The position numbers and the translations under genes were made by a program. A stretch of 64,000 nucleotides of DNA from Takakia lepidozioides. Taxonomy: Eukaryota; Plantae; Bryophyta. Shown piece after piece: positions 1 to 13,699 of the stretch. Location: contig CM060732.1 in the NCBI GenBank assembly GCA_030704615.1, positions 186,001 through 250,000 on the forward strand, in the 5' to 3' direction. The notes below the pieces were generated by a model, which was not told where the DNA came from, searched no databases, and saw only the letters and a list, made by a program, of their open reading frames with translations. The stretch's first letter is position 1. Each line of letters starts with the position of its first letter.

Positions 1-1599
1 AGCAAGATAGTCGCACCGAGTCTTCAGGGAGCCGACCGTCACCAACAGCGAACCCCCCAGAAATTTCGCACGTGCGAACTGTAATGCGGCACCCCAATTG
101 AGTCGCAAACCTTTCCCGCCGAATACCCGAAGATGACAGATTTGTGAAGTACTGCACATTTTGGTGTAGACTCTATTGGTTCAATCGTGGCAGAAGGGTC
201 AGCTTCATTCCAATGTTAAGGCATGTAAAACCGCGGAATACTCTATACATGCCAGTATGCGACGTCCTTTTGTTGTGGTATACTGGAATTCTCGTTGCAC
301 GGTCACTCATTTTCATGAGCGGATCTAAAAAACCATGAGCGGAATTGTTACTGGCGACATATCTTCGCCGCATTACAGGATCTGGAACTTCCAAAACAGC
401 AAGGTCAAATAAAAAACTATTATTTTTATACTTTTTAATCTGCCGCATTTCCAAATTTGGAGGAGTCCGCTCATGAAATAATAAACCTCGTGAGCTAGAG
501 GCGGAGACCTCGAGAGACAACGGAGGAGAGAAAGTACTCTGTCCTAAAAACTCGGCTACAGTGCGTCTTTGTGTCAGAGCCCAAGGTAGAGGATGAATTT
601 TTCCACGGAGGGAAAGCGCACCAGCGCCTTAAAATAATGTAAAGGGGTGAAATCTGGCTTGGACCCACCAGTGATTATTTTATTATTTACGCATGCATGT
701 TCTGGACTAATGAATGTAGTGGCAGGGATGAGCTCTCAGCGAGATTCATTCATCCGATAGAGCCGCAGCAGTCCCCGTGGCAAGGAACGGTTCCCGGGTG
801 TTCCTCGGTTCTCATTGGGTTCCCATTGGGTTCCCAAGGGCATCTTTAGGCGCCAAGGAAATCTTTGGATTCCCCACATGATTTCCCATAGGGGAGGTTT
901 TTTTTTTTCTGATTTTCTTAATTTCTTTTATTTTCCAGCATTTCTGATTTGTGAAATTGCTTAAATAGGATAGATGCATGTGGTGCACGTTATAGCCTGA
1001 AGGGTGTTGATTAAACTTATTGAACTTATTGATTTGAGGGGCTTAAAAGCACCTTATTGAACTTGGTAAACCTATTGGATTATGATAGGTATTTTGGCCA
1101 CTCCTTTGCTGAGATAAAGTATTTTAGGCACTGGGGTAGGAAGCGTTGGCCATTCCATCAGAGATGACTTGAACTTAAGCACTTGGTGAAGGAGGGGCAT
1201 TGGGATAGGAAGATTTTCCCTCTTCTTCCTAGGCTCAGCAGGTGCCTTGTGAAGGGATTAAAACATGTCCCGGCTATAGGCGGCTCGGGGACCTAGGCGG
1301 TAGGAATTAGAGAATAAAACACAAAGACTTGGAAGGCAGTTACTGAGTAGATTGTAGGATATCGTAGGACTTAGAAACGCAAACTCGCCCTGTGAATAGA
1401 AGTACGTGATTTCTCTTTGTCGGTAGGACTTAGATAGTGATCATAGCCATCATGTACGACCACGGACCTCCTGCACTAACTGCAGTCGGGTAGGCGGTTC
1501 AGTGAGCCCAACCTACACCGCAACTTACCATGACCCCCCAGCTAGTATGTCGTCACCCTGACCCGCACGCTTAGGGCTCGTCAGCTGGACAGCCAAAAT

Positions 1600-2680
1600 G
1601 ACCAAGGTATCCATCTTGCTAGGAGAGCTGTGATTTGCCTCTCTGGATCAAGAATTCCCAGACCCCCTTCAGATTTGGAACGACAGAGCTGGGCCCATGA
1701 AACTAAGGCCCTTGATAGAATTGATGATGGTTGAGCCAGGGCTCCAAATAGAAGCGAAGAACCAAATTGCAGCCAGCAGGATCTGGCTGAGCCTCAGAGC
1801 ACGGCCAGCCAGAGAAAGTCATGTCGAGCTCCAATAAGCGAGGTTCCTGAGGAGCTTCCTTAGCACTTGCTCAAAGAGCTGGTCATTGAAAATGTCATGG
1901 CCAAACTGAAACCCCAGGAGAGTGTGCGCTTGTCCATCCTCTAGCCATCTCAGGCCTAGGTCAGCACCCCAAGGAGGGCAATGCAAAGCATTGGAGTTAG
2001 CAGGGAGCTTTGACAAGAGACCAACAGATTTAGGCTAATATACCTTGAGGCCAGAAGCCAAACAAAAAGTTTTCAGTGCAGAAATAGCCCAATCCACATT
2101 CTGAGCAGAGCTGTTATCAATCAACATCACCGTGTCATCAGCATATATGGAAGTTTTAATCGAGGAGGAAGGAAAAACCCCACGAGAAGGACGATTAAGA
2201 CCAATAAGATCGTCTTTGGAGGACAGAAAATGGCCCAGACAGTCAGCAGCCAGAAGAAAGAGAAACGGGGCATGGGGACAACCCTGCCTGACAGAGCGGT
2301 GAAGTGGGAAGGAGATAGAGATAAGACCATTAACCACAATCTTGCTGGAGGCAGAGTATAAGAGAATCTTCACCTATTCCAGGAAAGGCCCCCCAAAGCC
2401 CGCCTTCAGAAGCACCCTTTCTAGAAAGTCCTAGCTAACATTGTCAAAAGCTTTTTCAAAATCAAGCATTAGAAAGGCCAATGGTTGGGAGTTCTGGAGC
2501 GCCAAATGCAAGGCTTCTTTAGCAAAGAGGATATTGTCGAGGATCATACAACTTTTCACAAAACCTGTTTGTTCAGGTCTGATGATAGCTGGGAGCAGCG
2601 GCAAAATGTGCAGGGCAAGAGCCTTGGCGATTACCTTGTATGTGGAATTGAGCAATGTAATGGGCCGGTCTTCGGGTCCA
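1600..2680 (-). mobile_element. L1-clade LINE reverse transcriptase remnant with in-frame stops
   Basis: RPITLLNSTYKVIAK, LDFEKAFDNV, VRQGCPxAPFLF, YADDT and LSLAGR motifs across ORFs 2431-2655, 2035-2373 and 1819-2016. Confidence 0.92.
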
Positions 2681-3522
2681 CTGGCCCTCCCTTAACGGGT
2701 TGTATCCAGTGTCAACTTCCGTGTCTGAATTCATCCGTGCAAACAATGCTTCCGCCCCTGTTACAACTGCAGGCAATTGAAATAACTCATGACGAACCTT
2801 CCAATGTCAGATAACATGCAAATCTAGCCAAATATGTGAATGTACTAGAAAATCACATTCTGCCCCAAGAATCCCACTGGAAGGTGCAGGAAGAAATATC
2901 TTCAGACAAAGGTTGTTGCGCCACCTAGTTCAGAGTAACTGTGACAAAGGGATGGAAAAGATGGAAGTTGTAGCTTAAATGGTCCATGGTGATTGTCAAG
3001 ATGATCTACTCAATTTTGCTAGAAATTCACACCTTCAGCTTACCACACATGATTGTTAAAACCCCGTAAATGCACTTGCAGCTACATACATGGTCCTACA
3101 TTGCTAACCCAATATGAAAAGATTCACAATGCAATTGCTGTTGAAGCCTGTTGAAGAGGCTCTCAGAAGTAGTTGCTACCCTCATGAGGTAGGATTTGAA
3201 GTTACTCATGCTCACCTGTGATAAGAGGAATTATGTAGCCCACAGCCTGCATTCCAAGCATCCCAAGCGAGATGTAGGGCATCGACTCGGGATGGCGCTT
3301 GGTTGTATTGGTGACAACTGGGCACCAATACATATCAGCATTAGAGTTAGGGTTGCCACACCAAAAGGGAGTGAGGAAAACTACCTCTTTTCATCTCTGA
3401 GGGACGAAGCTTGTCAAAATAAGCATCCAATGCCTTGAGACCTTGCAAATCCTTGCATTTTTCCTCTGAATGGCCTTTTCCAGAACCCCTAGGGCATTCT
3501 TGGTTCATTTGCAAATTCAGTA

Positions 3523-4000
3523 TTATCTTGCGGTGACTTGCTGGTGGCAAGTAGCATGCAAAGGTTAGATGTTAGAAGTATCCCAGCCGCCACCTCTCGA
3601 CCGAGGTTCGATGTGGTGCAGATCCACCAGTTCCCCATTTTATAATGACTCTCCATAAACTATACACCGGTAATCACACCTGTGTGGTAGACTTCCTCCT
3701 TGTACGGAGATAGAATTATAAGCATTTTGCGCTTCTAATAATAGCTCTGGTCCTCACTTAGGAGGTATGGTCGAACCCTTGTTTCAGGGGTTTGACCATT
3801 ACGGATTTGAGAGTTGTGATGTTGAACAAAAGCTGCTTGTCTGACGCTCCCTAGTCGTTTTTTCCGGTGAGGGGACAAGAAAGTCTATTTTATTAGTAGG
3901 GAGTTTATTGTAAGCCCATCCAAGCATGCTGCACCAGACGTTAGTTCCCTCCCTGCTTGGTTTTATAGTTGCGGCGGATAAAATTTGCACGTAACTAGAC
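3523..4000 (-). pseudogene. Degenerate group II intron maturase C-terminus (domain X remnant plus HNH endonuclease)
   Basis: Manual translation gives ...CDYRCIVYGESL*NGELVDLHHIEPRSRGGGWDTSNI*PLHATCHQQVTAR*, preceded (with frameshifts) by FDPYL..YY*KRK, IKPSR and W..L.WA.NK.P. Confidence 0.7.
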
Positions 4001-4933
4001 TGACCTCTGAGGATAAGCTTAAAATATCGTGCAATTATAGCAATGTGGTTCTTCAACGCCACCAACTCGCGCACCCTGATACGCGCCAAACTTTGTGGGC
4101 TAGGTACCTGCTGACACCCTCTCATTCTTTGACTCTGAAATAGGTACAGACACCGAAGGTGGTCCAATTGCCACACCATTCCTTAAGTTGCTTCGGGTGT
4201 TGTGGACCCAATTAATTCTCTCTCGTGTGAGATCGTATCCAGTGCGTTAAGTTCCCTGCGAGCAACCCATCCTTGTGTCTCCCTAATGTTTTCGTCTGTT
4301 CCATCCTTGCTTGTGGTTTGGTCATTAGCCTCCAGCGTTGATGTTGACGGATTACTTTCAGTCTGTACCTCATTCTACTTAAGTACCTGACTTGGAGGTA
4401 GACAACACACAGGATGTAATGCTCTTCCCTAATGGGCTTCCTTGGATAGACATGTTGGAAGGTAACCAGGGGGTGTTTGTCTTTGGCAGCAGCAAGCGTC
4501 GACCTTGGGGCAGAATCTTTGAGTGGAGTGTCTTGAGTGTCTTGAGTGTCTTGTGCAATAATTGGGTTGAGGGCAATTCCAATATTGGCATCAGGGTCTG
4601 GTCACTTCAGAACCAACTTAGGTGTCACTCATCAAAAGCATCACAATCACAAATTGCAAAATGACAAAGACAAGTCGCGATTTGGAGAATAGAGAAAAAT
4701 GGACAATACCATAGAATGAGAGTAAAGCACACAAATTTTTGTAGCACTCAAACATCCACAACCTTGTCAGCTACACTGTGCTTTTGGAATTCAACCTTCA
4801 TGTTGATTTTATTGTCTTTTGAAATGAATGAGATTAAGAGAAACTGGGCTTTTCAGAATGTACTCATAAGATATAGTTTGTCGTAGCCTTGTGGCCATTG
4901 ACCCCGTGCCCAATTTGAAGAGGAACATGGGCC

Positions 4934-4934
<1 letters not shown>

Positions 4935-4962
<28 letters not shown>
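4935..4962 (+). repeat. (GA)n microsatellite
   Basis: Uninterrupted GA run. Confidence 0.95.
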
Positions 4963-4965
<3 letters not shown>

Positions 4966-5593
4966 CTCCGGCCAAAGCCGGCATAACTCAGAGCCACTTC
5001 GACTTGCGGCTACCCCACAGATTTCCCGTTTGAATGTTTGCACTTCCCTGAAATAGTATCCTGAGAAAAGAAGACATGTGTGGGCAAGTTACAAGATGAA
5101 CTCAAAACAGAGATCCCGTGCAAGGGAATGAACCCATTTCTCAAGGCTACTAAAAACAATGCCTCAACCTAAATCTAGCTAGATAAGCTCCACTCTACTT
5201 ATGAAGGTAGTCTCTCTCAGTCAGATGAGCTCAGTACACACCAAGTTTACCCGCATGCCAGATGCAAACAAATAGTGACCAGCCTAAAGATAAATTAACT
5301 GAAAGACTAAACTCCACTGTCCTTGTCATCAGTGGGTATCAGGGGGTCTGTAAAGGACCCAGATGAGTCAGAACTGTATATGTGACCCATCTTGTCAACG
5401 CTTTGTTTTGAGGTAGCGCTGATTCTCTTTGGTAATTGGAGATAAGACAGGGACTCAACCATTTACAGCCAATCCATAGCCCTTGAGCCCCATATATTTG
5501 GACGGACTATTGGTCATTAAACTCATAGTGCGCACCCCTACATCTCGCAATATCTGCATCATGCATGCCCCACCCATACATCGAAGCCTTGTA

Positions 5594-5821
5594 AGCTCCG
5601 CGCTTTGAGACTGTGGCAGCCAGCTCGCTCAAGCAATGGCTCGTATTGACAAAGTAGGGAGAAGATTGCTAGTCTACTTGCGCGGCCATGAAGGTCGTGG
5701 CATCGGTCTTGGACACAAGCTCCGAGCTTACAACATGCAAGATGCAGGCCGTGACATTGTGGAGGCAAATGTGGAACTTGGCCATCCAATCGACTCCAGA
5801 GAATATGGCATTGGTGCTCAG
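5594..5821 (+). pseudogene. RIBA: RibA GTP cyclohydrolase II exon, truncated, with TGA replacing a Zn-ligand Cys
   Basis: [56 protein letters not shown] followed by GT donor at 5822. Confidence 0.9.
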
Positions 5822-7798
5822 GTATCATGCGGCCATTGGTAGTGAGACAGAGGGAGAAGGGCGGAGAAGAGTTAGCTTTTAGAGTCTGTTGATGTACTGA
5901 TTGTGTTGTGCTGGCTATACCCTTGAGTGAGAGACATCTCCTAGTGTACCTCATTGGCGTCTTTGAATTCATTTGCTGCCCAACATTGATCGACATGTGT
6001 TTTGATAGATTGGGTGTGATTGGGGCTGTCTTCAGAGCTGACAGGGACCGTCACTGAAGATTGGGGGCCACTGAATGCCAGTGGGCGATTCCATGTTGCT
6101 GATGGCCAATTGGTGGGGAGGCAGGACCTTTGTAGCTTTGGCAGCACCTGAAATATTGGCATTGTCTTGAAGCAGCATCTAGGGTCCATAGGCCTGCAGT
6201 GTTTCTTTGCTACATGGGCCCTTGTAGAAGAAGGAAGCAGGTTGAGTGCCCAGCTATGGTGCTCCTTGCATTGAGCAGCTGTAGGTTGCTTTAGAGTAAT
6301 CGGGAAGATCCTATTGTTAATCATATTAGGCAGAGCTCTAGGAGCTGGAGAGGACATGTCAATCGGGGGGGGGGGGGATCCAATTTGATTGGCGAGTTTT
6401 GCTTCCTCTTTCCTTCCAGGTAGTCTGCCTTCATCAATTGGCAGCCTGATGTAGCATGGAATTGATATGTCCTCATTGGGCATCATAATATCTATCGTTG
6501 GTAACCCATTTTCCTTCATTTTTGAAGCAATTGTGACCCCCTTCCAAGCTTCCTCTTGCTACAGATTATCCATGCACATTTCAGGGTCAAAAACAGCAAG
6601 GCGACCCAGATAATAACCAAAAGCATTGCCAATGTTGGAAAGAAAGTATAGGTATTGATCAAGAATTCTTGAGACACTGGCGCCAACTGAAATACCAAAT
6701 ACCTTAAGATGATCCACTCTATTTCTTGGAAGAAAGACCATCATGTTAAACATGTCAAGTACTGGCAATATTGTGCAGAAGAGATTTTCAATGAAACAAA
6801 TATTAGGCAGGAAGCACTGAGCATGGTAGATGAAGCTGATTTGGAGGCTGAAGTGGCCAAGAGCAAGTTGGAAGCACATAAAATGTCCTTGCAAAATCAG
6901 GTGAGGCATTAAACTTTGTCGAGCGGCTTTTACTCACCCATCCCTTCGCTATCCGAGGTGGGAACAAGATAGAAGAGTTGGAAATCTCTAAGCACTCAGC
7001 CCGCTCAGAACAATCAGTCATGACCTACAGCTAGTGTATCATGGGGGTGTTTCCTATTTGTATTCCTTCTCGCATTCATGTTAGGGGAGCCCATATCTTG
7101 CCGTTCATGTTTCCCATCTCAGGCGACCAAGGGAAGATGTTAACATTGAGACCCAAACGATGAGGAATTCAACGCAAGAGCACGAGCAACAGATATTTTG
7201 ATTGGTTACCTTTGAATTAAATACCTTCGGATCTGTGTACTCTCCCCGTTCTTTGACAAGTTAATAAGAACCGGTTACATGAGTATACATCCGGATTAGT
7301 ATCCAGCGGAGATGAGGTCCCACAATCAAAGGTCCTCCCAACTCTGGTGACTACTTGGGTCAGATGAATTCATGAAAGATGTATGCTACTCAAGATGCGC
7401 GTGTATGATTGCACATTCAAGAATATGTTTTCAATTAGAGCATCTCACATGTATTGTTACAGGCAACTAAAGCTAGGGCCATTCATGAGAGGAACATCCA
7501 AGTCACTCGTGTTGACAAAGAATTGTGAATTTTAATTTAGCTTCAAACTCTTAAAGACAGGTTGCCTTGCATCTTTGACCATTGACTACTGATTTTGTTA
7601 GCTAAGATTTTTATTTTATTTTTTTCTATATACATATGATGTAACATTTGCATATGCAATAAATACGTCGTATTCTATGTTATATAACTCCACTGCATAC
7701 AATCTACAATGTGTGCATACAAATTTGTCACATGCATATATAATAAGGGATTTTGTGCATGCATGCACGCAACCTGTGCATATGGAATAGCAACCCCC

Positions 7799-8042
7799 AT
7801 GTGGGGGAGGAGGAAAAAGAAATTTCTCTTTGCCACCACTGTGAGAAGCTGGCCATTGGTTTTGGGCTGATCAGCACGACCCCTAGGACGGCTCTCCATC
7901 TCTTCAAGAATCTTCGAGTGTGTGGCGACTGCCACACCTCCACCAAATTCATCTCAAAGTTGGCCGAGCAATTGTTGTTTGGGACGCTAACCGCTTTCAC
8001 CACTTTGAAGATGGGATTTGTTGTTGTGGTGATTACTGGTGA
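7799..8042 (+). pseudogene. Isolated DYW cytidine deaminase domain of a PLS-class PPR RNA-editing factor, frameshifted
   Basis: [23 protein letters not shown], frameshift near 7965, then [25 protein letters not shown]. Confidence 0.95.
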
Positions 8043-8709
8043 AATGATGTTTTCTTAATAAGATGCAAGTGTCTTGCTTCATTCATTGATCTGTGTAGCT
8101 ACTCAGACCATCCACTATTTCCTTAGAGTCTTGACCATCATGTACTGCCAGAGAGGGCTGGAGGATCAGATGAGGGTTTGACAGATTCAACAAAAATCAT
8201 TAACGGAGGGTGGCTGAACACTGGGAATTCTACTGCTCACAGTCCCGAATGTGCATTGATTAAGAAATGGGAAGTCCAAAGCACTGGATGGGATGCCTTC
8301 CCTTCCTCACCCGTTCATTCTGTTCCTGTCAACAATGGCTGGGATGCTATCCCTTGTAGAAGAGCGTACCACACGAATCAGGTAGCATGATTTCACCCCA
8401 GAATCATCTGAATGCACTTACCAACTGAGCTACTGACTGTTGGTAAGAGCTTTTAATATAACAATGAGTGTGTTTAGCATAAAACATTTTGTGGAGTAAA
8501 ATAAAATAAGTGAAAAAATTAAATGGATTATATTGGTAAAATATAAAAGTATGTATCCAGTTAACCCTTTGTTGTTTACCAGGCTCAGATGGATCCCGCT
8601 AACTTTTGCATATGGCAATAATTTTCAGTCTTTCTTCAAGATCATTTAAAGCATCAGGCCCTACCTCTTCAAACAAAGGAAGACTCCAAGCCACTGGGAG
8701 AGCTAATAG

Positions 8710-8996
8710 AGAACTGATACATCTGGCAATGAAATGTTTATCATTTTTCTTGCAAAAAATAATAAAATTCAGGATGTATGTATGTAACACCATGGGGATG
8801 ACCCACCCCTTTTGTGAAAATTGAACATTGAAATGCAGAGATAGCTCCGACAGTACTCCATCATTTTTCTTCCAGAAATAAATAAAACATGGGATCTCTC
8901 CATCTAACACTGTGGGGATGACCCACCCTTTTTGTGCAAATTGAACGTAGTTCTCAGAATTCGTCGCTAGTAGTGCGGAGCAACGCAAAGCCCTAG
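8710..8996 (+). mobile_element. Dispersed repeat with Helitron-like 3' end
   Basis: Ends TTCGTCGCTAGTAGTGCGGAGCAACGCAAAGCCCTAG|T; same sequence recurs twice at 21390-21700. Confidence 0.5.
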
Positions 8997-9599
8997 TTCT
9001 AGCGACGACCGAAGGTCGGAAGATAGTTTAGCGTAGAGCAGGAATAGGGTGCCAAAGTGCCACATTTTCGTCGCCACGTTTCGTTGTCAAATTCTGTCGA
9101 GTCTGCCCGAACTGCCCGCCCGAGAAACGCGAATAGAACTCGTCACGCCAGTTTTTCAAACTGTCCAACCTGCCCGTGTCTTGATTTTCTTGAACCGCAG
9201 GAGGGGTTTCACAGGCCGATCGCGATTCGCAGATGGAGACGTTGGAGACGTTCACAGATTGTAAGTACACAGCAGCAGTTCTTGCACATGGTGGGACAAC
9301 CTCAATCGCAAGGTGTCGCTTTTCTGAATGTGCGATGTGAAGAAGTTTGTCCATCCTGCAAATGTGGGCTCTTAGTACCATGATTTGGTATTGTTCCTGA
9401 TGTTTACAAGGTTCTTGGGAGATTCAGCTTGGTCTTAGCAGGCCGTTTTTCAATCTCTGCCTGCTCAGCTGCACCTTGGTGGTTCTCACAGACCAACCCG
9501 ACATTACCTGTCTACAGACACAAGCAGCACACACAAGAGGTTTTTTTGGGGTGATGGTCGGCCAAATCCTGCATGGTTGATGACACAAGGTCATGACAA

Positions 9600-10170
9600 T
9601 GTGGTGAGGGCACCTTCTTCTTCGACCTATTTCAGCCTATTTTGCCCTTGCATCAGACTCGGCTCTGAGATGCATATTGAATTATGTAAGTTAGCTCGTT
9701 GGGTGGATCTGTGGTGGTTTAGAATGACTTTGACAAGTTACTGCCGATGTGGCAGCAGGAAAATATCCAAAAACAGATAGCAGAGATGAGGAGAAACTTT
9801 GGAGTGAACACTTTTCCGACCGCAGTCAACTGGAAACAGTAGCGGCAGCGGCACAATTGATAGAACGAGGCACTGCTAATGCAGGCACCTTCTTCAACAC
9901 ATATTTCACCCTGTTTTTCCCTCTTATCAGAATCGGCCCTAAATTTCCATGTTGAATTCTGCAAGTTAGCTGGTTGAGTGAACCTTTGATAGTTTGGAGT
10001 GACATTGACATGATACTGCCAATGTGACAACATGAAAGTATCCAGAAACAGGTAACAGAGACGAGGAGAAGCTGTGGAATGAATACTTTTCTGACACCCG
10101 TCAATGGTGGGACAATCGAGGCAAAAAGGTGAATGCCTGTTGGAGGTAACAGAGACGAGGAGAAGCCACA
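9600..10170 (+). repeat. Internally duplicated dispersed repeat; inverted homolog at about 60630-61010
   Basis: Shared GAGGGCACCTTCT...CATCAGACTC...GTAAGTTAGCTCGTTGGGTGGATCTG blocks. Confidence 0.8.
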
Positions 10171-10574
10171 GTATTCAGTAGCAGTTCCATAAAACTCTTT
10201 GCAGCTTCCAGACCCAATGTACATGACTACTTGTTCCTCTCCTAGATTGAAATAGGCTACTCAAGCTTTGGGTTACCAAAAGGTTGGTTCAAAATGGAGA
10301 CAGTAATCTTGTGAGCTTGGAACAACATCAGGCGACTGCTCACTGTCAGTTCCCTGAGCACCACAACTTGAGAATTTCGAGATAGACAATTCTGCCTTGA
10401 GATGCGTAGCAAGGCAAGGATTTATGCATGATTTGTGTAGAGGCATGGATAGCTGAAGGAGCAGGGATAGAGTGTGGGTCCAGATTCATCCAAGAGGACC
10501 GGACTTCAAGCTCTAGATTACCTATGATTCCCTGTGGATCAATAGCTACAAGAAACCTGCATGGGTAGATGGTC

Positions 10575-11530
10575 AACTAAAGGCACATTTGTTTGCATTT
10601 GGAGTGGGTGTGCAAGCCTGGCAGCCCTGGAAAAGTGGACAAAGGCCCATGGTGACATCGTCAAATCTGGAATTGTACCAGATGTCATTCTAAACACTGC
10701 CCAACGCAGGGTATGCACAGGAGGGGCGCGGGATGGAGGCTTTGGAGACCTATGAGCAAATGATGTGCGAAGGGGTGAAGCACGACTACATCACGTTTGT
10801 GTGTGTTTGCAGTGCGTGTGCAAGCCTGGCAGCTCTGGAAAAGGGCAAAGAGGTCCATGCTTGTACCAGATGTCATCTTGAACACCACCCTGGTTGACAT
10901 GTATGCCAAATGTGGGAACATTGAGGATGTGGAGGGAGTTTTCCACACTATGGCTGAACAAGATTTGGTGTCGTGGAACGCCATACTTGCAGGGTATGCA
11001 CAGCAGGGGCGCGGGATGGAGGCCTTGGAGATCTATGAGCAAATGATGTGCGAAGGGGTGAAGCCCGACCACATCACATTTGTGTGCGTTTGCAAGCCTG
11101 GTAGCCCTGGAAAAGGGCAAAGCGGTGCATGGTTGCATCGCCAAAGCTGGAATTGTACCAGATGTGATTATGAACAATACCCTCGCAGACATGTATGCCA
11201 AATGTGGGAGCATTGAGGATGTGGAGGGAGTGTTCAACAATATGGCTGAACGAGATTTGGTGTCATGGAACGCCATGATTGCAAGATATGCACAGCAGGA
11301 GCACGGGATGGAGGCCTGGGGGAAGGGGTGAAGCCCGACCACATCATGTTTGTGTGTGTTTGCAAGCCTGGTAGCCCTGGAAAAGGCAAAGAGGTGCATG
11401 GTGACATCATCAAAGCTGGAACTGTACCAAATGTCATTGTGGACGCTGCCCTGGTGGACATGTATGTGAAATATGGGTGCAATGAGGATGCAAAGGGAGT
11501 ATTTGACAATATGGCTGAATGAAATGTTGG
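10575..11530 (+). pseudogene. PLS-class PPR repeat array, frameshifted
   Basis: Repeated [36 protein letters not shown] and [12 protein letters not shown] units. Confidence 0.95.
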
Positions 11531-11681
11531 AAAGGGGGCTGTCAAAAACAGACTCACCACAAATGATTGTATCTCCTGAAGATCCACCGCTGCCTTTCCT
11601 GAAAGACAGCCTGAAAAAGTTATTACTGTAACTTTGATGTTATTGAGAAATTGAGTATGACTCCCAAAGTGGGTTTAGCAC

Positions 11682-13565
11682 TTACTCACATGAAAAGTCG
11701 TTGTCGACCTGCTTATCTTCGGGATCGTCATCATTTCGAATTTGAATCCGATCAGTCTGTGTGCCTGAAGTGGAGCCAGACAAAAGGGGGAGGAGCACTG
11801 TGTTGTAGAGGTCAAAATCACCCTCCATGCCAAAAAGGCTTCTTCCGCCTGCCTTGCATGCATGGTAAGTTGCTCCTGCACCAGACAGGAGGACATGAAC
11901 AATTTGGTGGGGGGGATTTAAGCAGATGGAACTAGTGAAAGAAAATCAATTCGGAAGGGAGAGAACGAACCTGTGGACACAGAAAGATCGACCACCCGTG
12001 CAGAGTGGTGGCTGCATGACTCCAGCAGTATTTGCATGAACGCTGGGGATTTTTCCTTTGCACCTCTCCAGGGAGTGCCATCTGGTCTCTTCAGAGTTTG
12101 ACTGGACTGCATGAAGTTGTACAAAATATCATCGACATGCGGCTCATAGGGGGGGTTGACGAAACAACCCTGGTCAGAAATCTCAAAACTGCGGATGGAG
12201 GATGGTGTCTTTGAGGTGCGAATCCTCCGCAGGCAGATCACCTCGAACATCCTCGTCTGCCAAAGATAGCAGGTTAGTGTGGTAAACACAATCTATAGTG
12301 GAAGTGTGTACATCGGCTATTCAGAACTCAGGCACAAAACAATCATTTTTATCACGAATCGGTGATGATCGGTGTCGATCATGACAAATTCTTCTAGAGT
12401 GGAGCAGCAGAGAACATTGAAACTCATCATGAAAGCACAAGCAGAAGGGAGACGGCATACCAGCTGACCAGGAAAACCCCCTTTCACAAAGTAGAGGCTG
12501 TTCACACAATTCCATGTGCGCAAAACTTCAAACCCTGAAGACTTCAGGTATGATGCCAATGCCCGACGACTATCTTTTTCACATGACTGAAAAAGCAGAA
12601 GTATCCCTGCATCAGAGAGGAAATTATTACAGAACCCGAACACCCAACTCCAGTAGTTGTCCTCGAATTTGTTCCAGCCTGGCGTCTTGCCCTTTGGAAG
12701 AACTTCTGGCATAGCCTGGCCATCCGGGATGTCGAGAATGACAATGTCAGCCGCATATGTTTTTTGCACACCGCACACGAAGGTGGGACATGTGCTCACC
12801 TACAACAGACATGTTTTTTTTAAGAACGATGGCAAGAATGTTTTCAAAGAACCAGACTGAAATACTGCCAATGAAACTTTCAGAGAAAAAGGAAAGAAAC
12901 TGGAATTCTCACCAGATTGAGGAATGAGATTATATTGTCCCAGGTAGGCGAAGGCACCCCAGTGTATCCTCTCTTTCGACTCTGCATCATCGACAGCCAA
13001 CCCTCATTGACAATTTTAATCTCTCCTGCCGAATCAGAACGGGAAGGGTGTGGCTTGGCATCGAACACGCACTGAACTGTGTGGGTATATCTTCCAGCAG
13101 TGAAGTCCTGCCCACTCTCCATCTCCTTTTCTTTCTCCTTCGCCTTGTCATTTTCCTTCTCTTTGGACTTGTCTTTGTCCTTTGGCTTTGCTGGTGAGAT
13201 GGCTATGACATCAAGAGCCTTGTCTTTTGGTTTGCGGCCCGCCTTCTTTCCCTTCTGTGGCGTTCCCTGAACATCAGGCTCCTTGGCAGCCAATGTTGCT
13301 ATGTTTCTTTGGTACTCTTTGTCAGTCAGAGGCGCCAGCATCTCAACATTATTGTTCAAATATTTCATATGCTGTTCTTGAAAGGTCGTGTGCTCCGATG
13401 GGCAGTCAAGGTACCAGCCACAGTCTTTGAAGTGAGAAGGACTCCAGTCCTTCAATATCCCTGCAGTATACATGGTTGGATCGTTTGCAGGGTCCGACCA
13501 CATGTCAAGATAGTCTGGAATACCGCTCAGGTGATTTCCTTCCATAAGCACATATTTCGTGTAGC
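11682..13565 (-). CDS. ParB-like/amino-methyltransferase family gene, copy 1 (3' half only, MTase domain; 5' part lost at the Gypsy insertion)
   Basis: Exons with GWYLDCP, ADIVILDIPDG..PGWNKFEDNYW, WRGAKEKSPAFMQILLESCS..RVVDLSVSTG|ATYHACKAGGRSLFGMEGD; the checked GT-AG introns match copy 2 positions. Confidence 0.75.
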
Positions 13566-13699
13566 TGTTAAACAGGAGATAAATCCCAACCCACCAAAGC
13601 GCGAAGTGAGTAAGATGCAAGTAGCACAAAATGAAAAAAACATGGAATGAAATGGCTCTGAGAACTGCTCCAAGGACCTTTCAGGACCACGCGACAGCT

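Noticed and set aside
1266-1560. Solo LTR
   Set aside because: Starts with TG but no partner, TSD or clear end could be established
5941-6519. 192-aa ORF as a gene
   Set aside because: No recognisable motif; probably decayed TE sequence
7799-8042. Functional stand-alone DYW1-like protein or U-to-C (KP-type) editor
   Set aside because: Frameshifted, lacks a start and the PG box, and ends in canonical DYW
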